This document shows, in pieces, positions 25,701 to 36,026 of a stretch of 64,000 nucleotides of DNA (position 1 is the first letter of the stretch; every line of letters starts with the position of its first letter). The position numbers were made by a program, and so were the translations under genes. Origin of the DNA: Oopsacas minuta (Eukaryota > Animalia > Porifera); assembly GCA_024704765.1 (NCBI GenBank), contig JAKMXF010000006.1, forward strand, positions 1 to 64,000, given 5' to 3'. The notes beneath the pieces are model-generated. The model had not been told where the DNA came from and searched no databases. It saw only the letters and a list, made by a program, of their open reading frames with translations.

Positions 25701-26888
25701 TTTTTATTGTGAAACCGATGACTTGTATGATATTTAACCACAATAATGGCGAAATCTAATTAGATGAACGCGAAGAGTAAGAATTTTATTTTCCAACCAA
25801 ATAATAATTTGGCCGAAATGCATGCAATTATATCAGTTGCCGATTCATTTAAGTACTCGATTTTAATTCCATAGAATAATTATAGCTGATCCTCACCTGC
25901 TTTTAAAGTAACACCAGTTATTGCTGAAGTTGCGGGACTTTGTCGTGTTGCACCAAGAGCCTTTAGGGTCAAGCTATATGTATTCATCTCCTCCAATCCA
26001 GTTATAGTGTAGCTAAACTCCTCTAGCGGTACAACACACGGCACATTGTAAGTTATAGTAGTAGTAGTTCGTTCTAAAGGATATCCTTTGTATACAATCT
26101 CGAATCCTTCTTCAATCTCTAAATTTGGCTGGACTGTTGGAATTCTCCAAAACAATTCAATCGTAGTTTCAGTGGTAGTCGTTACGCTGAAATCGATGGG
26201 AGTTTGTGGTGCACCGGGGACTATAATAAATAGAGATCAAATATACTGAACAATGTTAATTCAAATATCGTCATGATCATGTGAACAGAATGTACTAGTA
26301 TAATGAGAAAAATTGACCACCCTTCACTCAATAACGTTCTTTTCTTTGACTTTTTCTCCAATCCCACAATCGAGATATGACTATTACCAGAGGCGGAACA
26401 TGCGGCATATGCCACACCAACAATTGTGTGTACCCACCAGAATCTTATACAGAAAGGTATAACGGGTGCGACATTACCGCATCTGTGTCCACTTCTTTGC
26501 TACACCTATCCCTATGATCGTGTGATCCTGGCTACGCCTCCGACTATTAGTCTCTAGAGCTCTAATGAGATACGTACAATGTTTTGATTTATAACCACTC
26601 ATGTTTCCTAAAACCTATTAAGGGCAGCTCCTATAGGCATGGACGATGTACGACGTCCGTACTAGTCCTGAAAATCTAGTAGTCCGATTTACATATAAAG
26701 AAGCTAATGGCATCGATATTCTAATATGTAACAATCGATTATAAAATGTTCTGATAGCAATCATTTATATATTGAATGTATCGGATATGAAATATGAAAA
26801 TAACAGTTATTCACTTACCTAGCGCCCTTGCAGAGAGAGCTAACGAAAAGAGTAGAGCTATGAGTAGGGTTACTTTATTACTAATCAT
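22781..26888 (-). CDS. Type-I membrane protein: signal peptide, 4 FN3, TM, short tail (516 aa). Exons 26888-26819, 26220-25897, 25502-25188, 24702-24385, 23695-23399, 23007-22781
   Basis: All five introns are GT-AG and phase 1; the spliced frame is open (1551 nt). Signal MISNKVTLLIALLFSLALSARA; FN3 motifs such as NGLITSYEVKY..GLEEYDTYTIEIRA.N; TM VVCVLCIVTPIFVVVVLIIVGLIALGIFLVFCCF. Confidence 0.9.
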
Positions 26889-27379
26889 CTTGAGTACCTA
26901 AAGATTAATTGTAATTGTTGAGACATGAACGAAATCAAATAAGTCTATCAAGAAAGAATTTTGATTAAATTTTGATGATAAAGTTGTTGCATAGTTTCTA
27001 GTGATAGTTGCATGCAACATTCCTGCAAGAAACTTACTGTTTGGAAATAGGAACATGTTCATTTCCTGCAAAAAGTTGAATGAATAATTTCATACAACGT
27101 TTAAGAACCCTGTACGCCTTGTTATATGCAACACATTTCCCTCAAAATTCCCCAAAAAATTTGAATGCAATTTTGTTGCTTAAAAATTCAACATTCACCA
27201 TACAACTTCTTTGCATTCAACAAAGTTGCATCGTGTATAGGGGCTTAAACGAAAATGGCGGTCTGGACTTTTTAAGTTATCTGAAAAACTTTAAGGCAAC
27301 CATACAACCTTGTTGCACCTAACAATGTAAAATACACGGTGCAGCAATTTTGCATGCAGCAAAGTTGCATCGTGTATGG

Positions 27380-27516
27380 TTAGCTTAAGATAGTCCCATT
27401 TAACAAAGTGAGAATAATAAAACTAGCCTCCTCAGGAACATATATATCCTTACATGCACGGTACAAATAAAATACAGTATAACCTGTGATAATTCCACTA
27501 CTGTGAATCCTGTTTA
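27380..27516 (-). pseudogene. FN3 domain relic upstream of the FN3 receptor
   Basis: SGIITGYTVFYLY..SFIILTLLNGT resembles the FN3 NGIITGYxVxY..LxxL motif; ends at a MITE-like end near 27378. Confidence 0.4.
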
Positions 27517-28161
27517 CTATTACAAAAAGTTCAAAAATATTAATCGGACATAAGTACGTACTTTTATTATCTGACAATTTTCGTATCTAACGAGTATCTG
27601 ATTAAACAAGTTTATTGCTACTATAAGATATTAGGAATTTTGAATATATATTTTTACAATATCAACAAAGAAATGCGATCTACTACTTACAAAATATATT
27701 AATTCATTGAAAATTGAATTCTTTTATTACGAATATTAAAAGTGAAAATATTTCTGTTATTATAGAATAATCAAACGAGTGTCCCCTTAATAATAATTGT
27801 ATTAAATTACACATCAACCAGCAGCCAACCTTGATAATGAAAGCAACAACACAGTAAAGGAATATTTATTCTACAGAATCTTTTCTTCTATTATATAGTC
27901 ACAATCTGTATTGTCACTCTGGTGGAGATAATAGATTTTTATAGGGAGCTATAATATGTAAAATATGTGATTCAAATTCGGTACTTAGTACAATCAGGTC
28001 ACAATTGAAAATGTCAAATCGATAGACTTGGGTTGCAACTGAGGTATTTTCTTCTCTATAAATGATTAGCAGTTACAAAGTAATGACTAATAGTAATTTG
28101 AAATACACAACTCAATATGAATGTCTGTAATCTGTTTTCATTTTATAATAATACAGTGGAC

Positions 28162-28687
28162 CAGGACTGTATCAACTCATTTTGATGGCAAAATCAACTC
28201 ATTTTTTTCTACCAACTCATTCATTTTTATTGCATCAACTCATTTCAACTCATTCAATAAAATGAGTTGATTTTGCCAACTCAAAATGAGTTGATACAGC
28301 CCTGGGGCCAAGATAGTGAGTAATTACCTGGGTATGGTTGATCAGTAAAGTATCTTATCAAATTGTGTTACACTATGTATGATTAGGAATATAAATGCAG
28401 TCTGATATACATTGAATGGTTGGAATCAACTATGGTTTTTTCTTCACAAGACAATCTCCTATTACCGTATCAGAGATCATTAACATAATAAACCGAAAGA
28501 AAAATATGCGTAAATGAGTTGATCAGCCAACTCATTATCTAAAATGAGTTGGTTTAATCAACTCATTTCTAAAAGGAGTTGGTTCAATCAACTCATTTCA
28601 ACTAATTTCATTGAACTATCAACTCATTCAACTCATTCAATAAAATGAGTTGATTTTGCCAACTCAAAATGAGTTGATACAGCCCTG
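28162..28687. mobile_element. hAT-like non-autonomous element with one left and two right ends, rich in AACTCATT repeats
   Basis: Left cagg(a)ctgtatcaactcattttga; identical 60-bp right ends at 28245-28304 and 28628-28687; outer 8-bp flanks cagtggac / tagtggac. Confidence 0.85.
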
Positions 28688-31012
28688 TAGTGGACTCAAC
28701 TTAATAGGATTGCATCGGGAAACTGTGGACCAAGCCATTTTTGGCTCGATTAACGTCCTGGTCTGATTAATCGGACACATTTTACACTATTTGTATAATT
28801 CTGTTCTTGGCCAAGTGACCAGATTGACCAGATGTTATACATGTAATTTGATTCTGTGATGTATATGTAATATAATTCTGTGAAATAATCAGGATCGTAT
28901 TCTACGCACTCTTGACAATGTGTTGAAATCCAATTTCTTCAAAATGTATATATGGTCAACTGACTCAACTCCCGGTACCGTTTAATATATCCAAATGCCC
29001 GCTTACATAGGAGTAGAAATTTTCAAATATGGTCCAAAACTGCCTAAGTAACCTAGATTTCATCTGCTTAATAGAATTCCGCTTATACCAAATCTATTTT
29101 CAAATACATTTTCAATTTGTCAATCTTCATGTTATTTAATATATCTACTAGATATATCAACACGGAAAATCATGTACACCCGCACTACAGTCGTAGCTCT
29201 ATGATTTTAGAAAGGGCAAAACAGCTCCAGTTTACCAAAGAGCGATAGTTACAGTAAGAAACATAAAAAGCATATATCACACAAATATTCGCAACATAAC
29301 AACTATTTCCCAAAAACCAATGATTGTTGCCAGAAATATTTTGACTCTTAGACATTCAACAATAGACATTAATGAAGCAAAGATATTCAAACGAATACAC
29401 TGCATGAATGATTTATGTATATTGTTCCCTATTCAGAAATCTATTCCATTAATATATATTCTTTGTAGTTGGTTGAGGTGCTATTTGCAAGAAGATAGTA
29501 GACATATTATGAAATATGTAGAGTTTTCATTAGCTTATCTCCTGTATGCGGGGTTATATCTTTTTCATATGTACTTGATAGAAAGAAACGATATTATTCA
29601 AACTATACTTTGTAAGTATCTCTATACAAGACATATTTAGATTATTTCTTATTCTGTCCTGCTTTGCAGTTTTGAAATGATTTATTCAATATTAAATCAT
29701 TATTCATTATGTAACACTGTTGTGATATGTTAGTTAATTGATATTTACCATACAAATGTAAGTACCAGCCAATTGGATTTCGTCTATTTTGGTCGCTACA
29801 AAATAAGTTTCTTCAAATTTTAGAATTAAACGAGCATTATGGCTCGTCGTTTCGAAATGAACTCTGCGCATTGCGCCTCGAGGTATCCATTATTCTCCAA
29901 ATTGACAGCCCCTTTGTGTATTATAATAAAGATATACGTATATGACAAATATATTATTGAATTATTTTGTAAGATCAACACCCTTTGTAGCTGTTGAGAG
30001 CTAATATCTACGTATATTTTGAGATTTGGCTAATTTGTTACTTTATATTCATAAAAATAAGAATAAATTTCACCAAAAATAAGATATTTTGACGATGATA
30101 ATCACACATCAAATATTTATCTTGCTGCTCATCATGGATCACCCTAGACGAATCTGTAATAACTATTATAAATTTGTGGATATTCACTGGTTTCTCTAAT
30201 GTGTGCTAGAACTCAAATCAAATACATATTGATTATGCTATCAGCTGCAAGATGAATTCATAACATGGTATGAATTCCTGCAACAGCTGATAGTATCATA
30301 TTCATTCCAATGGATCGAATTTTGTGGATCGATATCTGTTTCTCAACGTCTTAAGTCTTAACCGAGTTCCAGTATATTTGACGATATATAAATTCGATTC
30401 TAAGTTGTATAATACGTTATACGTGATATATTTGAACGTATTATGCGACTAGGTTAATCTCGAATAGGAGATTTTGACATGTTTAGACTTGTATAAATCA
30501 CATTATTATCAAGTATTATATAATTTGGTCAACTAAGCTGATATTTCTCATTAACAATTCGAGAACTACTGTTTTCATTGAAAATATATATTGCAAAAAT
30601 CAGCCCGATAGAAGTTACGTCACCAAAAATTGTAGATTGAAAGTATAATACGTATTATACGTAATACGTCTTCATTAAAAGTCGTATTAAACAACTTAAA
30701 ATTCGAATACCTGTATACTCTATCTTCTTGATGTGGATGTTAAATGTAACCTTCTTTATAATATACAATGGCATCTCAATACCAAGGAATATCGAAATGT
30801 CCCGATTATCATGAGTTCGTATTAGCCAGATTAGTACCAAGTGAATATCCTTATTTTAGTAGGGAACAGATTTGTATAAATATTTGTGTCTTATCCGAAA
30901 ATTTGTATTAACCGTGTTCGTATTAAGGAGGTTCCTCTGTAATCATTGTATGAACTGGTTTCCAAGTGTTCTTACTCTGTGTATGTATAATTTTAAAAAC
31001 CTTTAGTTTCAA

Positions 31013-31867
31013 ATGTCAACAACAATAACAACAACAACAACAATAACAACAACACGTGGTAACATTACATTATTTGGAATTCCCATAATGATCCTACCAT
31101 ATTCTATACAGTACGCGATTATATTAATCGGATTTCTAATCTCATTTTCTATTCAAACTCTGATACCAATAGTAACAGATCTAAGACAAGATATTAGTAT
31201 AATTTTCCTATTGCAAGATCTATTTGTATTCATATTCGCTTATATCATGAAGCTAGCACGACCTCCATCACGATCTGATTGTCCAATCTTCTATTATTAT
31301 TTCTTGTCTGTAGCTTATACAATATCCTCTGTATTTGGTTTCATAATAGAAATTGATCCTAAATACTGTTTCCTTGCGAAAATATTTGTGGTTTTCGCCC
31401 TAATATCAGATGCTCAAAATAAATGTATATTTATATTGGTAAGATATATTATACTGCTATGTCTTATAGCAGCTGTATATTATCTTGTTAATGAGATTCC
31501 ATATATATTTGGATTATATGGATTTTCTTTTCTCATTTTCTTGCAAATTCTATTCAAGATTGAAGCGAAATATTCCCCAGTTAACTCTGAGATAATTTCC
31601 TATTTATTCGGTATCTCTTTTGTATTATCTTTTTCTTTTTATATTTTCCAATCGGTTCATAATACAGATTTTCCTAGCCATCTTGGTATATCTGTTTTGA
31701 TTGCTTACGCACTCTCAAATTTGATTTTTGTGAAGATATCTTTCCTATTAACTGGGTTAAAAATATTTGGTTCCAATTCTATCAAATTTTTTATTTTATT
31801 TGAATCTATTCTGTATATATTTATCAAACAAATTGGAACTAATTTTCTAGTTAATTATTTTGATTAA
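31013..31867 (+). CDS. Multi-pass membrane protein, divergent SLC35B (UAA / PAPS-transporter-2-like)
   Basis: About 8-9 hydrophobic segments; ITLFGIP..Q..I...F, KYSPVNSEIISYLFGISF and LLTGLKIFG parallel SLC35B3 motifs as recalled (VVVLG, HNASNSEMVLYSYSIGF, LALIKIFG). Confidence 0.6.
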   Translation: MSTTITTTTTITTTRGNITLFGIPIMILPYSIQYAIILIGFLISFSIQTLIPIVTDLRQDISIIFLLQDLFVFIFAYIMKLARPPSRSDCPIFYYYFLSVAYTISSVFGFIIEIDPKYCFLAKIFVVFALISDAQNKCIFILVRYIILLCLIAAVYYLVNEIPYIFGLYGFSFLIFLQILFKIEAKYSPVNSEIISYLFGISFVLSFSFYIFQSVHNTDFPSHLGISVLIAYALSNLIFVKISFLLTGLKIFGSNSIKFFILFESILYIFIKQIGTNFLVNYFD

Positions 31868-32129
31868 AACTCTGAATAAATAATTTATGAATTCCGAATT
31901 TTAATTATTCTCATTACAGAGACTGTTAATGCGTCTTTACTTAATAAATGCAATATTATAATGGCATTTCACTGAGCTTACTTTTAACAATATTTGGTTT
32001 CTTAGTCTGGATTCGAATTGCATTATATGCTATACTTTTCATGCAACTGAATGGTCTATTCATTTATATGCATATGATTTCGATTCATTAATGATTCCAA
32101 TTTAATAATATATTGTTTTGAGATAAGTT

Positions 32130-35100
32130 ATGAGCGATATTGTCCCGATACTTTCACCAGGGGTTGTACAGGAATACACCTGTCATTGCAGCCGAAAGAG
32201 TAAAATTCTTAAAAGATGGAAGAATGCAAAGATTGCTATCATCAGACAGGTCAATGTGGAACCGCCATTTCGAATTGTAGACAATGAAGATGATGTAGAG
32301 CATCTATTCATGCTCAATCAGGGCGAGAATGATAATGTGTTAGTCGAATTCGTTGATGATGACCCTCATGAACCAGAAAAATTCCTCGGAATCACCGTTA
32401 CTTGCAAACTAGAAAATTCGGTCACCACATTAAAAATGAAAGATATTGCACAACAGAGATGGTTAATGGCTTGTCTAGGTGCAACAGGTCGTGGTCTGTT
32501 CTCTCCTATCCTGGGATTGGAAGAGAGAAAGATTGAAGAACAATGGGAGGGGATCTGGGATATTACCCACGGAATCAACCCATTACAAACAGCTGAGGAT
32601 ATACACCATGCGATTTCACACACGACTTCCAAGATTCCAGATGATAAATGTCCTGATTACACAGAAGGTGACCTGAATGTATACTTGAGGGTACCCACAT
32701 ACAAAGCTCACCAACAGGATAAAGGGATGTTGACTGAACCCTTGAGAATACTACAAGAAGGAATAGCGATTACGAATAGACAACTTCATGATACTTTTCT
32801 GCCACCAATTGGTCCTCCAGTTTACGTTCTTATTAACATTGGATTTGGGTTAGAAGTAGGATTGAAAGCAGGACTACAAGAGCTCTGGGATCCTGTATTA
32901 AAATCTCGAATATTCATTGATCACAATCAACAACAAACTTTCTACCAAGATCCCAGAGAAGCTAAACAACCACCCCTACAATTAGAATGTCGCCAGCTGA
33001 TATATGGACCAGACAGGTTAGATGCAGGAGTGCCACGCGGCGACGAGGCCTGTTCCACTGTAGCATATCACGTGGAGAAAGTTGTTAGCAAGAAGTATAA
33101 ATGGGGAGCATGGATTTTGGCGAAAGGTATCGATGGAGTACACGGTCCGAGTGGACAGTTAGGAATGATAGGGCAAGTTGGTGCGAATGGGGTACATGGT
33201 GCGCATGCAGGAAGAGGAGGACCAGGTGGGCAGGGGGGTCAAGGATACCCAGGGACAAACGCAGGCATAGGTACGAATGGGACCAATGCCTCGGACCTCT
33301 CATTGTACCTATCAGGAGATTCTGAAAATCTAAAAATAGAAGGAACCTTAGAAGATTGCGTGAATTTAGGCGATCAATGTAGCGAGTATATTATGTGTGT
33401 GGATTGTACAGGAGGACATGGTGGGCACGGGGGTCCTGGCGGTCAGGGAGGGAAAGGAGGGACGGGAGGACATGGAGGGCATGGTGGTAGAGGACGCAGA
33501 GGGCACAGCGGAGGCAGTAAGCATAGAGGGGGAAGAGGAGGACGTGGGGGTGATGGTGGACAGGGCGGTCAGGGTGGTGTTGGAGGGATTGGTGGACGAG
33601 GTGGTGACGCAGCAAATTCTGGTAACGGAGGACATTGTGTTATCCACTCGAGTGATCCTAAACTGCTGCATCTAGTTGAAGTAGCAGTGAATGCAGGAGA
33701 ACCTGGTAAGGGGGGACATCCAGGATTTGGAGGGGAAGGTGGAGATGGAGGGAGTGGGGGACATGGAGGGAGTGGGGGGTCGGGAGGTAGTGGACATCCG
33801 AGCGGATCTTCTGGGTTCTCAGGATCAAGGGGTCCGGATGGGATGACTGGATACATTGGGCAAAATGGACCACCTGGCAATAACGGATTTAAGGGACGAG
33901 ATGGAGGATTACTTTTCATACTCCTTAGCACAGATGGCCAGACAGTGATCGAACAATCTGGCTATAGATACCATGTAAAAGTTGATTCCCAATCACTCAA
34001 TATTAGATCTGCAGTAGACGATGGGATATTTGAGCCTAACGAAGAAATCACAGTGGATAAATTTACTCTACAGAACATCGGGCAAATGACTTTACCTGAA
34101 GGGGCACTTGTATCAATGGTATCGACTCCAACTGTAAAATTTCATCCAATAATATTCAAGCTACCCATCCTAGCTCCACAACAAACGATGGAAGTTACTC
34201 AAGAATTTGTAGGTAGAGTATTTGATGTTCCGTCGCCCAATTCCGAGGGTCCGTATTTGGGTGAGGCCTACTTTGAAACAAGAGTTGATCTTCTAGGTCG
34301 GCCATTTGACAGTGCGAAGACAATCCACAGACTTATTGTGCAATACCCTGTTAAGGTAGATAGCATTGTTATACCAGAGAATCTAGGTAGAGGGGAACAA
34401 TCCAGCATTCATGTTACTCTAACAAACATTTCAATGCTCCATTATGGTAACTCCCCTGGATCAGGTGGAGAAATTGCCTTGAAAGTTCATTTCGACAAGA
34501 GAGTGCTGCCATTTGCAATTGTAACAGAAGATTCGAGTTGTCCTTACAGAATACATTATGATCCTAATGTGCCTGATAGTTTCTATGTTGATGTGATTCA
34601 AATACAATCTGCTAGCAAAATTACAGTCACTTTCAATGTTGTTATATCAAATACTGCTGAGTTGTTTGATAGATGTCCAGTACAGGTGGATCTCCTTTTG
34701 AGAGGGAAACTAATAGAGTATCGTCAGCATTTTATTCGTGTTATTCCCTTCTACATTCCTTCACAGCCTCCAGCTGATATCTTATTCATAACTGATAGAT
34801 CTATTTCTAGAAAAGAGTTCGTTCTCTGGCAGAGATTATTCGAATTACTAGGTGCACGAGTGGATTTCTGGGATAGAGATCGATTTGAAGGGTTCTCGTA
34901 CAAAGGTATGACAAGGTTGAGACATGAATTTAGTTGGGTAGGAAGACATAGTGGGTCACTGATTCTATTTCCAAACTCACCGTTTCAATATTTCGATCCA
35001 AATGATGTGGTTGCTCATCTTAAAGATGATAGTAGATTGAGCATTGATTCCAATTCTGTGGCAAATGATTCAGCAGTATTGTTTATAGCTGATTTACAAA

Positions 35101-36026
35101 CAGAAGACCTAGTTATTAATGAGGTGAAGAAATTTATACAATGCGTTTGTCTACAGGTCCCGAAAACTACGCTGGGAGGGGCGGATTTCGGAGGAAACCA
35201 CCTGTTCAGTCCGGACGCTGATGATTTCAAAGAGAGACAGAATGAGATTGTCAAAAACTTTGAGACGGAGCCGCCGGTCAACCGTTTCTACATTTCAAAT
35301 GTTGATTTTAAACCACAACGACTTAAATTTGTTACATTCTCTTATGGGTCCCTTGATATACAGAGACTCCCTATTGACCCTACAGCCAAATTTATGATTG
35401 TTACAAGACCAGTGAATCGGTTTACATTAGACGATCCCCACTTCAGTGTCGGGCAAAACGAAATCCCTCTAGGATGTAACTGGGGGCAAACATTACTATA
35501 TGTTCTCCATGGACTCCCGTGTCATTTAAAGTTTTCAATTTTACAAGGAAATCGTGATGAAGAGATCTCTATAAAATTTGTGACACCTTCAGGTACGATC
35601 TTGGAACTTATAGAGTTAGTACATTTATCAATAACGAAGGAGATAATCGCAGAAGTCAGCTGTTTGTCGTTAAACCTGCCGAAACTAGCTGCACTCACTA
35701 CTCGTATTCTTGGTGAGTTGGATACTTTTATCAGAAACTCTATTCATATCTTCCCGATAATCACTGCTGTCAAAGTATACGCGAAAGACAATATCCCGAA
35801 AAAACAAAAAGACGTGAAACAGAAAGTTCTGGAATATTGTAGACAGATAAAAGACAGACTTATCGAATTCGGTGGAAAGGAAATTGGAGAACAGTACAAA
35901 AGATCAATGAGTTTCTCTGAAGATAAGAAACGAATATATTTCGAGAACCTTGTCAATAGTGGACACACATTTGAGCCTCATGTATACAATCTCAGCAAAT
36001 TGAACAATGAACTGAATCGCATATAG
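32130..36026 (+). CDS. 1298-aa uncharacterised protein: PH-like, WW-like, interrupted Gly-rich (GxxG/GGx) region, beta-sandwich, alpha/beta domain
   Basis: Single 3.9-kb ORF. SKILKRWK..QQRWLMACL (PH-like); LQELWDPVLKSRIFIDHNQQQTFYQDPR (WW-like, 32862-32957); Gly repeats about 33126-33905; DDGIFEPNE. Confidence applies to the CDS; domain calls are by eye. Confidence 0.88.
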   Translation: MSDIVPILSPGVVQEYTCHCSRKSKILKRWKNAKIAIIRQVNVEPPFRIVDNEDDVEHLFMLNQGENDNVLVEFVDDDPHEPEKFLGITVTCKLENSVTTLKMKDIAQQRWLMACLGATGRGLFSPILGLEERKIEEQWEGIWDITHGINPLQTAEDIHHAISHTTSKIPDDKCPDYTEGDLNVYLRVPTYKAHQQDKGMLTEPLRILQEGIAITNRQLHDTFLPPIGPPVYVLINIGFGLEVGLKAGLQELWDPVLKSRIFIDHNQQQTFYQDPREAKQPPLQLECRQLIYGPDRLDAGVPRGDEACSTVAYHVEKVVSKKYKWGAWILAKGIDGVHGPSGQLGMIGQVGANGVHGAHAGRGGPGGQGGQGYPGTNAGIGTNGTNASDLSLYLSGDSENLKIEGTLEDCVNLGDQCSEYIMCVDCTGGHGGHGGPGGQGGKGGTGGHGGHGGRGRRGHSGGSKHRGGRGGRGGDGGQGGQGGVGGIGGRGGDAANSGNGGHCVIHSSDPKLLHLVEVAVNAGEPGKGGHPGFGGEGGDGGSGGHGGSGGSGGSGHPSGSSGFSGSRGPDGMTGYIGQNGPPGNNGFKGRDGGLLFILLSTDGQTVIEQSGYRYHVKVDSQSLNIRSAVDDGIFEPNEEITVDKFTLQNIGQMTLPEGALVSMVSTPTVKFHPIIFKLPILAPQQTMEVTQEFVGRVFDVPSPNSEGPYLGEAYFETRVDLLGRPFDSAKTIHRLIVQYPVKVDSIVIPENLGRGEQSSIHVTLTNISMLHYGNSPGSGGEIALKVHFDKRVLPFAIVTEDSSCPYRIHYDPNVPDSFYVDVIQIQSASKITVTFNVVISNTAELFDRCPVQVDLLLRGKLIEYRQHFIRVIPFYIPSQPPADILFITDRSISRKEFVLWQRLFELLGARVDFWDRDRFEGFSYKGMTRLRHEFSWVGRHSGSLILFPNSPFQYFDPNDVVAHLKDDSRLSIDSNSVANDSAVLFIADLQTEDLVINEVKKFIQCVCLQVPKTTLGGADFGGNHLFSPDADDFKERQNEIVKNFETEPPVNRFYISNVDFKPQRLKFVTFSYGSLDIQRLPIDPTAKFMIVTRPVNRFTLDDPHFSVGQNEIPLGCNWGQTLLYVLHGLPCHLKFSILQGNRDEEISIKFVTPSGTILELIELVHLSITKEIIAEVSCLSLNLPKLAALTTRILGELDTFIRNSIHIFPIITAVKVYAKDNIPKKQKDVKQKVLEYCRQIKDRLIEFGGKEIGEQYKRSMSFSEDKKRIYFENLVNSGHTFEPHVYNLSKLNNELNRI

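Noticed and set aside
28170-28680. AACTCATT arrays as a CRISPR-like repeat
   Set aside because: Irregular spacing, both orientations, bounded by TIRs and a TSD; eukaryotic context with no cas genes.
30070-30152. Minus-strand exon-like block YLMCDYHRQ resembling capping protein beta (YLLCDYNRD)
   Set aside because: One short motif; no adjoining exons could be assembled.
30241-30290. Imperfect palindrome tcagctg..gaattcata..tatgaattc..cagctga as a pre-miRNA
   Set aside because: Short, has a large internal loop, and is built from self-palindromic 6-mers; no other support.
33085-33931. Pro-rich and His-rich antisense or alternative-frame ORFs
   Set aside because: Shadows of the GGN-rich Gly repeats of the 1298-aa gene.
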